A stretch of 64,000 nt of DNA from Amphiscolops sp. MND2022 (taxonomy: Eukaryota): assembly GCA_964187785.1 (NCBI GenBank), contig OZ076409.1:25670001-25734000 (forward strand). The letters are read 5' to 3'. Shown here piece after piece: positions 13,486 through 25,494 of the stretch (the stretch's first letter is position 1; every line of letters begins with the position of its first letter). A model generated the notes under the pieces. That model was not told the origin of the DNA. It did not search any database and saw nothing but the letters and a program-made list of their open reading frames with translations. The position numbers were made by a program, and so were the translations under genes.

Positions 13486-13989
13486 CCAGAGTTAGCACTA
13501 GAGCTCCTCCCCGAACCCTGGACCGAGCCATGACCCTACCTGAGTTTTCAGAAAACCAGTAACCGCATCAACCTGGAGCCGAAGAAGGCACCTCGTCGCA
13601 AGCGTCACGTTACCAGCTGAGAGCAAAAAAGACACCACGGTATAAGTGTGGAACCTGTGATTCCCGTAACTGCAGTTGCATTCAGCTAGTCGCTAACGAG
13701 CCACTGGACCATCGATTGGCCCGAGGAGCGGCCATCCCCGCCCGCGAACTCTTGATAGCGCGAGCACCACAACAACCCTCAGAATAAAGTTCTAACTGTT
13801 CAGACCCGACGACAAATCTCGAGCGCCTTCTGACTGTGCAACACATTGTCATAACTGTAGTAAAAACCTACGCCAACGTGGAACTGGGAGTCGTACCACC
13901 ACTTCAAATCACACTGAAAGCACTGCACGACACCTCTCTCTCTCAGACTGCCCCAATTACCGTTTCAAAGAATGGACACAACATGACCG

Positions 13990-14900
13990 AGGCGGTCTAG
14001 AATTCACGCTACCTGCCGTCACACCTACATTTTGCCATAGTACTCGGCAAAATGGATGGTGAGATCGGAAAAACAGAGATGATTCGCTGCATAACCGCAC
14101 ATCAGCTGTGAGAAAAGTACGTGTTGCTTCCCCTCCGGGAGATGTATACCGGCCTACCCAGGTTTGGTGGCTATTAGTCACTTCCTTCGATGAAACACCG
14201 CGCGTATCACCCACTACGCTGTTGATGTGCCTAGAGAGCTCACGCCCAGTAGTAGAGGCCGAACACACCCTCTGCTTTCACCTAGCAGATATCTATCGCG
14301 GACAGTTTTTGAGTCAACATTGGTTACAATTAATAGCAACCGATTTCCGTCGACAAGCAAAGATACACGTCCTGGACAAAACAGACCTATACGCCAGGTC
14401 TTGAGGCACTCTCAGTAGTGCATGGCTGATAACGCAACTCAAAACTAGGCCGAATTACTTGCCATGGATAACCTACGCCACCACGGATATTCTACAGGCC
14501 CCGGCACTGTAGTGTTATGTTGTCCCGCGGATTTATTATCCTACTCAGGGACCGCTCGCTACGTTACTCGCGAATATGGACAGGAGGACACATTCCGGTT
14601 AAGATCGGCGGTCGGCACAGCATTGCGCCTGGTTAACTCGCCAACCGCACCCTGGAGCAACGAAATCCTTATTTTGTGCACCAGAGCTTCCAATAGACAC
14701 CTGTTGCGGCACGAAGTCTTACACGCGTGTCGAACCCATTTGACGCACCAGCTTCACTGAAATCGCTTCACACGAATTCACTTTCCCGTTTTTGATCCCG
14801 AACGGTCAATCAATTTGTTACCGGCTTGGTATGCTACGTTACGTGATCACTTTACGGATCAGAATCTAGAAAAGGTCCTCCGTGACCGGGTTTACGTCTC
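13990..14900 (+). pseudogene. Tandem divergent macrodomain-like (OARD1/TARG1-type) region
   Basis: VVLCCPADLLSYSGTARYVTREYG...ILILCTRASNRHLLRHEVLHAC...RIHFPVFDPERSINLLPAWYATLRDHF parallels the TARG1 motif order (HCISxD..GAGIA..F..FG / YYLITK / MPRIG..LD...W); a weaker copy precedes it (14108-14404). Confidence 0.55.
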
Positions 14901-15281
14901 CATAGCATCCATAACGTCCACCGATGTAGGCACCGAAAGAAAACTGTCCCCCAGAACCACAAGGCCAGCGGCCTTCCCTTTTCTCTCGTTTCATCGAAAA
15001 AGAATGCACTCTAGGTTTTTAACAGTAGTGAATAGCCACGGAGTACTTTTTATCGCAATCATGTACTTCTTAGTCTCATGTCCAGTGTGTTTGTCCTGTC
15101 TAGTTTATGTGAGTCGGTAATCAACCATTTTTGTTCTCAATTGCAACTTGCTTTTCAGTTTTGTCCTGTTGCCTCGCCGCCTCTGCGCGGCTCTCCCATA
15201 AGTCACGATATATCCATCCACCATCAACCAAATCTGCCTTTGCCCCCTCACTTATCTTCGGTGCTATGCCAATTATCAAAG

Positions 15282-18200
15282 ATGGATTCCTCATCACGAA
15301 GCAGAATGCCAGCACCCTCGAACCCGCAAAACTCTCGGCAGTATGCCCCTGAACCAGCACCAACAAGTACTACCTCATCCGTAGGCGAGATCGATGCGAT
15401 GGTCGAGTCGACCAGCTCGCCCTAGTACAACAAACGCTGCAAAATGTGGCAACCCCACAATGATCACTGGCTTTGCCTTGATCATTGCCCAAATGCAATC
15501 GCAAGCAGCCCATCCGGACATTTGCCTTACCATCACTAAAAGCATCGGCTCGCTAGAGCGCTCCGCCAGCTTCCGTGATGGCACTTGGCGTGGGTATGAC
15601 TTGACTCATGACCTCATTGACTTAGAGTTTCCCCGGCAACCATGCAACCGCCGACGAATGGCCCCATACACCCATTAGCATCAACACAATTTAGCTGCAC
15701 ACTGCAAGCGGTGCCGCCACCGATTCTCACGCCCCCATGCCTTTGGCATCCGAGAGCATCAGAGTACTAACGCACCCGTCTACGAGCTTCATCCCTCCTT
15801 CCGCCTTCCAGTGGGAGGAGTGCAGGTGAACGCAATCGCAAATAACACCGTACAAAGCGAAGAACAGGCACGGGAAGATCGCCCCACGAGGACGGTCACG
15901 TTTCGGGACTCCTGTGATGCACTGACTCAATCCTCCTCTAGGGATGAACCCCCAAGAAGCGAGCCCAACAGCCTAATAGGCTTCTAGAATGACCCACAAC
16001 TGCAAGAACGCCAGCGGCAGTAGCAGCGTGTAGACAAAAAGACGACAATGCTCCCATAGACCTGCGAGACCAGCGAGCTAGGGACATGAGGGAACAGTCG
16101 AGCTCGAACACTAACAGAGAACTCCCCTCTGCCCCCACCCAACCAGGATCCAGAAGACAAAAGATAGCGCGGGAATGGCTCACTGCCGCCAAAACACAAC
16201 AGCTGGACCTAATGGCAAAAGACGCAGTGCGTCTCCAACGTGAAGTACCAGTCACAACCAAGGAAGGGGACCCCCTTAGACAGAAGTTTGAGATCGCAAC
16301 TAGCAAGGGAGATCCCGCAACGCAGCGAACGATTGAAAAAGCAACCGTGGGGGTACTCTAGCGCGTCCCGTGAAAAAGCCAGTGTTCACAACCGAGGGAT
16401 GTCCACCGTGGTTCAATCGCCTACGAAGGGGCTTGGAAAATGACAACTCCACATATCTACAGCCCTTGCAATCAACGAACCGATTGATCCGCCAGCAACC
16501 AGGCCTATATGACGAGGATCGCCTGCAGACTAAAAATTATGCTAGATACCTCATCACACTGCTGTCTATGGGCAAGGACTTGCTGCAAAAGACGAGAATT
16601 GCTTTCTTCGGTGACTCTACCATGAAGTCATCCTACAATGCAAACAACACTCTAATGGATGTCAGGGTAATGAACGTGCCCTGCACCTCGCTCAGCAGCG
16701 AGATGGCAGAGGTTACCGACAAAATCTTCACGCCAGTTGCGGCAGAAACAATACCACTTTCCTCTATATTGGTGTACTCTAACGTGATTGATCACCTCGT
16801 TCTGCAGGGGACACTGAAATACTTTGAGTCGGGACACGTCCGATTCACCGAGGCGTTTGTAACGGATGAAGTTACTGCCAACTTGGAGACTATGTCAAAC
16901 ATCACCAGGACCATGAGGAACCAAAGTCCACCACGGGAACTGTATCGCCCCCAGGCTACATATATCTTCCCAGGCCAATACGACAGTTCTTGTACTTAGT
17001 GCTGGAAGCAGCGTATGCAAAAGACCTGAATTTCTACATTGTGGCCCCAATTTCAGAATAAATGTAACAACGTGGCGGCCGTGCGAAGCATCATATCCCG
17101 CCTTCTTGGAGGAGGTATCGAAAGCCCTACAGGCGTACACCGGATACAAAGGAAATTCCCAACTCCTGGTTGACGAAGCCACCGCCTATGATTACGGAAT
17201 GCAGATGGCACACCCGTCATTAGATGAGCGGGGCGTACGCCAAGTACATGACCTAAACGAGCAAGAACGCGAGCACTTGATAGACAATCTGTGGTATGAA
17301 CAACGAGATGAATCCACGCTTGATGAAAAAACACACGAAGCAAAATTTCACAAAGAACTGATGGCCCTGTTCAAGACCACAGAAACGATCAAGGCAGACA
17401 GGATGAACACCACGGTATTCCCTATGGCAGCCGTGGCCATGGATGCACAGCCCGGAATGGTGTCACCCACTCTAGCGTTGCTGATAGTGATGGCTCAAGA
17501 TCTGGCCAACCAGAATGAGAAGGAGCCAAGACAAACGTACCAAACGTGACATCAACTACTACGCGAGCCACTGAACCAAGTCGCAGAGCGGCTAGGAATC
17601 CCATTCCCAGTGCTCCTGTAAAACATCTCTCCTTTCTGGCTCCCCAACTTTGTACGGGCGGAATATGACCTAGACGAACAGCAATTGCGCTTGTACGTCG
17701 AAGCCATGGAAAGAGCCACGATGAGCGAGCTCCTAGCATACCTGATGGCAGTTGGCCTGCACGCGGTACACAGAGGACCTTCCAGCTTTCTGCAGCAACT
17801 GGTGTTTGACAAGAGAAGCCTATGCCTCTTCAGCTTCCTGTCATAAGCTCAAAATCAGAAAAACTGATTGTACGCAATCATAGACGCCTTGGACCCAGGG
17901 CGTCCTCTGCAATTAAGAGCGCAGTTAGATCTTAACATTGAATTCCTTATCGTGTGGATTTACTCCACGTGGGTCAACATCTCGGGAATTATGCATCCTC
18001 TGGATGAAAACCCAGCAGTTAATAGGGAGCCCACGCAGCTCCCGGGCTTTCTGTTCCCCTCTCAAGTGGTCACTCATGCAGGTAGAAACCGAGGATCTAA
18101 TCACCGTGATTGGCCCCATAGTCTGGCCAATCTTTAGCGCAGTCATGGCACTGAGATACCCCACGCAAGCTCTGCGAGTGGCTGCGAGTACCCCAACTCT

Positions 18201-19190
18201 GTCCATTCTCCAGCGGGGTCCTACTTATCAAACAGCGGTAAGAAACTTTACGTGTCTACGCCTAAAATTAACCTATAGAGAGATCAAAGACCGGAAACAT
18301 GTAGAATACAATTTCACGGCAATCATCCGAGCACGTGCGCGGTGCGCTCTCCCCATGCTCATGGAATTCAAACCGGTTGCATGGTTGCACATCCCCCTAG
18401 ATCCGCACACTGGTGCAGTAGATTCTTTTGCAGGCTGGGATGCCCCAGTAGTCTTGCGAATCTTGGCCACAATCATTCAAAGGTTGGGTGGTAGAAAACG
18501 AGGTGAGGCGCCCAGTGGGCTGCACTACCCGTACAATTGCGTTACGTCGCGTATATATTGCAATCGGGCAGAGCCCCGCATCCAAACCACGGCACGGGAA
18601 CCAAACAGAAGCACTCTGCCGATTACTGCCGAAGTCCTTAGCAACCCGCGCGCCGCGTTGGAGATATTTCTCAATTTACACCGCAGACAAAAAGAGCGAG
18701 AGCAATCAATAAGCGAGGACTACGCGGGAGGCTTTCTGACTTTCAAGAGCTTGTTCGTGCAATACGGTCATCAAGAGCTGGCCGATAGCCTACCAGAACT
18801 CCACCAGGGAAGTGCGACTGGCGAGACCGACAAAATGAATGCAACAGCCCTTGGCAGTTCACAGCCGCCACCTTTGAAGTGAGCCCGCCAGATAGGATAA
18901 AGACCCGAATGGAAGATGACCACGAGAAAATGTCCACCGCAATGCGAACCCCCGATGAGTCCATAATGGATGACAATTTCACTTTATCTGGGGCAGCCAC
19001 GCCTGCCCAAGACGAACCCGGCACGGGTATTCTCAAATGGACGCTGCCGACATCGAATCAGAGCTAAACAACCTCCTGACAATCGATGATCCTAGCCCAT
19101 ACTTTTGCATGGTGGCGGTCCCCACCACAAATCTAGAGCCATCGGCTACCAAGTCAATTCAAGATCTGCCACCGGATCTGACTGAGGAAT
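15282..19190 (+). pseudogene. Large extra ORF (broken) with SGNH/GDSL hydrolase-like domain
   Basis: Chain of same-strand ORF fragments; RIAFFGDSTM (GDS at 16610-16618), then VRVMNVPCTSL and ILVYSNVIDHL in SGNH block order. Confidence 0.5.
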
Positions 19191-19756
19191 GAGGGCGTCA
19201 ACCGACCAAATTCCATTTAATGAAACTGCCAAGAAACAAAATACTTACTAAAGTACTGTGATTGATTTCTGTTTTGCATAGGGTTACGATGAAGAATCCG
19301 CGCTATAAATTTTTTTGGCTTAGTTTAGTGCAATATACTATATTTTGAGCAGTACGCATTATATTTTGAAGATCGCCACGTGATGTTTAGTTCATTGATA
19401 TCCAGTGGGCGGGTCCCGAGTTGGTGCCCTTCTGCCTCAGTTCGACGATTCAACGTTGTTACCAAGACCAAACCGTTGTCGTTGTTTTGGCCGTGCAGAG
19501 GCCCAATTCAGAAAAAAGATTTTAACTTAGATTGGCAAGACTGTAAAAGAGTTCTTAAACTGACTGTCGTGTTTCCAATTTTATCAGGTGCCTTTTGAGT
19601 TTGCAAGCCTTTGTGCGAAAAAGATGCTAAGAAAAGATAATATATTATTGACGAAACTCTGCCGTGATGCTAAGTTAGCTCTCAACGTCGCAAATACACT
19701 CTGGGTGCAAGCATTCTCTCGTTTGCCGAGGACGACAAACTGCGGCTCGGGGAGAA

Positions 19757-20364
19757 TGTAACGTCAGCCACAGGACGAGAGCAAAAAAAGGACGAGAGCA
19801 AAAGAAGGAGATCAGAGAGGACGAGCATGAAAAAGAACGAGATTATGTCGAAAAACTTAGAACCGACAGAGTGTTGTGCCATCTCTCTGGGAAAATGCCC
19901 GAAAAGACAGAACAACGCCAGAGGCAAGAACCCGATCATTGACACCGAACTATAACTATACATTTTATTGGGGCCTATCCCCACTTATTTTACTGATTAC
20001 GGAGTGCTTGGACGATGTCTGACCTAGTAGGTCTTTATTTCAATATCCGATTTCCAAATCCAATGTGTTTCAGTAAGATACCTTTTTGGACCTCTGAAGT
20101 ATGTAGGGGGTTGCGGAAACACGCTGGAAACCTTAGGAATTGTTTTTACAGGCTTGTGGGGCGTGTCCGAACTTTCAGAGTGTCGGCACGTCGCCTCGGA
20201 GCTCTAACTAGAGGAGCCTCCTTAGACGCAAGAAAAGTCCCCCTAGGAGACCATTTTGGGAACAAAAACTAGTGTATAGGGTTGTAGTAAGACATTGGTC
20301 TCCTGTTTAAGCACCCTAGGCATTCTCCCTCTTCCTAGATGTGCGCCGCTAGCCGGACGTTACA
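19757..20364 (+). repeat. 3' LTR of element 1 (608 bp)
   Basis: Perfect 9-bp terminal inverted repeat TGTAACGTC/GACGTTACA, immediately after a polypurine tract. Confidence 0.85.
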
Positions 20365-20659
20365 AATCATTTATTCATTTTGAAAATGTGTTTTCACAGC
20401 GAGATTAACGCAATATTCGAAAATATTACGCCTTGCAGATTTTATCTAGGTATGATATATCATTCCAACTGACTGTCATACCCCCAAAAACCGGATCTTG
20501 AGTCAAAACTTGAAACGATATTCCTTATTTTCGGGCATTTTTGAAGTTTATAATATGGTGTATGATCAATCAATGTTATACCGGAAGTTACGATACTGAA
20601 AATGCTATTGAGAAAAATCAAGGCGCCTGGAAGGAAAACTTCATGAAATGAGTAAACTA

Positions 20660-21777
20660 CCCCGGTAGACCCTGCATAGATATTTTAGTAAGATCTTGCC
20701 AAGACCTTGAAACATCTTAGCTAAGATCTTGCCAAGATATTGCCAAGAATTTTAAGATGTCATGGTAAGATCTTATCAAGACAGTCATATTTCCAAGAAA
20801 AATCTTACTGAGAAACCCAAAACGGGAAGAAAATTTTATTACGAATTGCTTGATATCGAGAAAAATCCGAACCAGAAAAATAATGAAATAGAAGTTATGG
20901 AAAAACAATTTTGACATCACTCCAAAGAAATTCACTGATTTAATTCTAACTCCGCCAGAATAACATCTAAAAATCACTAAATTTACCTAAACATGACTGG
21001 AATAAGTTCTAAAAGCACTGGAATAACATCTAAAATCCTTGAATTAAGAACTAGAGCCACTGTAATATCTATGAATCACAAGAATAACATCTAAAAACCA
21101 CTGAATATGTTTCAAAAATCACTGGAATAAGATCTAAACCACTGGATTAAGGTCTAAAACTCCCCAGAATGACGATGATTTCTTCGATCTTATTATAGAG
21201 AATTTGAATTTCTACAGAAAATCAATCTAGTGATTTTAGATCTTATTTCCTTCAGATCTTATTCCCTTTTTTGACCTAAATATGATCTTAAAATTCCGGA
21301 TGGGAATAAGATCTAAAGGGAATTAGATCTAAAATCACTAAATTTTACATCTTATTCCCCCTTCTTAAGCATAAGATTCAAAGGGAGGAAGATCTAAAAT
21401 TTTAGATCTCATTCCTCTTTTCAAAGTTGCAACTTCGAAAAAGGCAATAAGATCTAAAATTTTAGAAATTATTCCCTTTGAAAGCATGTCAATTTTTTCA
21501 GATCTTATTCCTTTAGATCAATATTACTTAGACCATACCCCCCTCCCGAAATCAAGGTATACACTGGAAAAGCGCGTAAAGACCCGGAAGTAGAATTATT
21601 TTTCGAATGTAACTATGTTTGTAGCTCTTGATCGAAATTTTGAAATCAGTAAGATTCGACCTCAGGATAATGATACATCTTGGTAAGATCTTAGTGAGAA
21701 TCTTGCCATGGGATCCATGGTTGCAAAGATGATGTAGTAAGAATTTGGCAAGATGCTGGTAAGAGGGTCAACCTGGG
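20660..21777. mobile_element. CMC/EnSpm-like MITE containing a nested GAATAAGATCTAAA foldback repeat
   Basis: Ends CCCCGGTAGACCCT and (revcomp) CCCAGGTTGACCCT, 2-bp TSD TA, AAGATCTTG subterminal repeats; inner ~20930-21547 made of GAATAAGATCTAAAA units in both orientations. Confidence 0.65.
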
Positions 21778-22717
21778 TATGCAACCTAGTTGCCACTCTA
21801 CATTTTTACAGTACATGAAATTTCGACAACCCATACATTTCATTGTATGATCCGTAGTACGAATTGCACAATGAGGTCCGTGATTGTACGATCGTGCTAT
21901 GATCTCACAAGATATGGATTTTAGTGTTGAGAGAATCAACCTGTGATAGTATCATGGATACCCTCAAAGATGAATATTTGGTTTTCATTCACGAGCAATT
22001 TCATTGTGTGTGATAATGCTACTTTCCACAGAATAATTTGTTTGATACAAAGATTTCGTTGCAAGGTCTTGTTTGCAACGCTCATCCGAGAAGTGTTGGA
22101 CAACGTTTGATTTCAGGCTGAAGACAGCTATGGGAGTCAAATTGAAATGATAGAAACGTAAAGGTGAAAATAATGGTAATCTTTCTAATCAAAGGGACTA
22201 AATTTGTGTACTGCGATCTTTTTTTTTCTGGCAGATGCTAAAAATTTGACTTCGATGATGATTTCTTTCATTTCTGTCAAGTTTGCTGACATTAAAATTT
22301 GAATATCTTGACTTATTAATCTACTAAAATTGGCTTTTTTTTTCAACTAAGTTAGTGGAGCCAGTGAAAAAGTCACAGCACAACTCTGCCACACCCACAA
22401 AAATCAATGAATGCGATCAACTATTAGTGGGGTTGGAGATTCAGGACTCCATTCCCTATTTCTCAGTCAACACTGCTCGACCCAATTCATCAAATTTTAG
22501 TTACCAAAATGTTTCGAACTTCGGATTTATACTATTATTTGCTACTTTTGTGAATGGTGCTTTACCAATTGCTAATCAGTGTCTTACTTGAAGTTTCAGT
22601 TTTGTTATTGTATAATGTTCATTATACTTTAGGAAGATTGAATAAACAGAAATTGATGCTAATCGAACCAAGAAAAAAGAAACAAGAAAATGAAACCAAC
22701 ATGTTTTTTTTACTATC

Positions 22718-24356
22718 TGTCGCAGGCTGCCGCCTGCGATGGCAACATTTACACGATTGACCATACGAAGCCAATCGCCCTACCTGGGACGCTCCCATTG
22801 TAAACCAAAACTTTCAAACATTTAGTATTATTTTGAACATGTAATATTGATTGATGAATTGTATTGTTATTTCTTATGTAAAATACATTTGACAGCAAGC
22901 CATACTGACAGGCAGAAAGGAAACGTGTTCAAATGTTTGCCTGCTCAGTATGGCTAGCTAAGCCGCCTATGGTCAATTGGCCAATCAGAGTGCAGTTTGT
23001 AATAGCCATCTTATTACTTATTACGTAACTGTGCTAATAACTATTTAGAATGGACCAAGGCGGCCAACTAACTTTGCCGGCCTTATTGTGCTCTGATGCT
23101 ATACTTGAATGGTATTCAGTAATTACAAATAGGACGAAAGCGGCTATGCGACATAGCCGTCCCTATTCACTGTATTAATTGTCTTGGTGCTATGCAGTAA
23201 ATAAGGCCTATCATGGCCGGTTGGCACGATGAATACTCAAATGCTGTATACTTGCCATATGAAATTGGTATTCCAGTTAATTAGTGGTTTGAAGATGCAA
23301 ATAACCCACCCCATGCAATAAACAGATATATACACTGTTAACATGTAATTGTTGCTTTCTCACATTATGATAGGACCGAATTAGAAAACCCCAACGGTCA
23401 TAAGCCGAATAGGGCCTTCATGAATTGTTGAGCATGTAAACTGTTGCTTGCATGAATTTTACTTGTAAACAATTTGACCCATATGTGGAAGAGACTTGTC
23501 GGGCCTTTTGATCTAGCCGCCCGCACAAGTCTAAAATGATGTCATGTTGCTATTAATAGTTTCACTGTATCTATTTTTAGCTTGTGTGCTATTTTCAGTA
23601 ACGTGACTGACGAAATCTCAGATGTCATGCTAACTTGAGTATAAATACGCCCAAGTTGGCCATAAGACTCAGTTGATTTATGATACGGTTGATATTCAGT
23701 TATTCTTATTCGATTTGTACAAGAATCACTGTAGACCAAGCTCTATATTGTCCACAGGAACAATTCCCATATTTACTCCTGGAAAAACATTTTCAATGCC
23801 TTCTACAAGGAGACAAAAGGCCAAGTCTAGGAAATCAAGAGAATTAGATATGTTGTCCGACTACGGCAATATGGACGTGATGTTAGGTGAGAGAAATTCT
23901 AACTCTATAGAAAGAGAACTCGATAGTTTGATTAACGTCCCCGAGGGACAACAGGACTTTCAGTCCTTTCCGAATAGAGAAAATTCATCTCAAGAGAACG
24001 AAATCAGAGACATTGATAGCAGAAATGAACCAGTTAGGGAAAGTAGGCTAGTTGAGTCTATCAATACACTATCTGGAGAAATGAACGCTAGGATGTCACG
24101 CGAGATGGAAGCTATGATGGACCTAATGCAATCACAGATTAGCAGGGCCATTAGTTCCGCTATAAGCGAGAGGATTATCCCAGAGATACAAAATATGGTA
24201 GAAAATTTGCCTTTGGGTCGACATGGCGTTGAGCCGTGTACGTCCGCGGATGAGGACGGAATCAGAAATGTATGGAAGAACGCAAATACAAATTAACAAA
24301 GAAGGATTCAAGGTCCGCTTGTGATCTGAGAGACCACATGGACGTTAGTCCTTACA
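22718..24356 (+). repeat. 5' LTR of element 2 (1639 bp)
   Basis: TGTCGCAGG...CCTTACA; direct repeat of 37295-38889. Confidence 0.97.
23640..23674 (+). promoter_or_regulatory. LTR core promoter: TATA box plus Inr
   Basis: TATAAAT at 23640 and TCAGTT at 23669 (A 31 nt after the TATA start); gag ATG 125 nt downstream. Confidence 0.7.
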
Positions 24357-24374
24357 TGGTGACAGGAGCTACCG
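24357..24374 (+). promoter_or_regulatory. Primer-binding site
   Basis: TGGTGACAGG... directly after the LTR's terminal CA; absent after the 3' LTR; cognate tRNA not established. Confidence 0.8.
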
Positions 24375-25487
24375 AACTCCAACAGCCGATTCCTGAATTC
24401 CTCACAGGACGAATTCACTCTCAGCCAGACCTCCAAAGACAACAATCCACTCATGATATAACTCTGGATACAACTCTGCCAAGAACAGTACAACTCCGGC
24501 AGAACAGCCACAAGACCCTATCAACCGATTGGCAGATGTCCTGGTAAACCTCCAAAATAAACCACACTCGATGACAATTAGACCAGTCACGACGAACCCC
24601 ATGACATTTGACGGCAAAACAGAGAAATTTGAATTGTTTGAAGATTTTTTTCATACAATGATAAAGATGCAGCCCGCTATGACTGAAGAAATGAAAATAA
24701 ACCATTTTCATTCTCTGCTCAGAAAAGGAGCACTGCAAACTTTCCGAAATATAAACTCCATAAACCTTCAAACATTAGAGGACGTATTGGTTATATTCCG
24801 CAGAAAGTACGTCAAACCTGAGTCCCAGGCCACAGCTAAACACAAATGGCATAGACTCATCTTCGACCCCAACACAATGAAACTACCCGATTTTCTTGAG
24901 CAACTCAACCAGGGTGCCGAGAAAGCCTTTGGGGAAATCGCCAAAAGCATGATCGACAGTCTCCTGTAAGCTAAATTACCCCCAAAACTCAAAAGATCAG
25001 TAAATATGGCTCGACTGGAAAACGGGACCTACGAGGAGATTGTAGCAAATCTGGAAAGAGAACTCGAGTTAAACGCATTAGAAGAATCTGACGACCTACC
25101 CATTGCTACAATGGCTTCGTCGTCCAACAAATCCCGAAATTTACTATCCAATGGCATTGACACCAACAAAAATAACCAATGCTCATACTGCAAGGCAGAG
25201 GACCACTTCTGGAAAAATTGTCCAAAACTGAAAAAGAAGAAAGAATCAGAGGCCAAAGATGGCAAGAGGCCTCAACGACAAACTTACCCAGAATGCCCCA
25301 CCTGCAGCAAAACCAATCATCCAGCAGAGAAATGTTGGCGTGGCGCTGGTGCCCACCTTCGTCCAAAAAGAAATCGACAAGACTCCTCCAAAGATACGGA
25401 GCCCTCTGAAGACGAAGGCACTCGCACCAAGAATGAAAAATCCACAACATCCTCATCAGGCCAATCGAATTCCAAAAAACCTGAATC

Positions 25488-25494
25488 AAAAAAC
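25488..25494 (+). promoter_or_regulatory. -1 ribosomal frameshift slippery site A AAA AAC
   Basis: Directly before the gag stop; the -1 frame is open and in phase with the protease once the MITE is removed. Confidence 0.8.

Larger units (their letters stand above)
12220..20364 (+). mobile_element. 5'-truncated Ty3/gypsy LTR retrotransposon (element 1) with extra ORFs
   Basis: GC-richer block beginning in the integrase core, followed by ~7 kb of broken ORFs, a PPT (GGGGAGAA 19749-19756) and an LTR with TGTAACGTC...GACGTTACA ends; no 5' LTR in the window. Confidence 0.85.
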
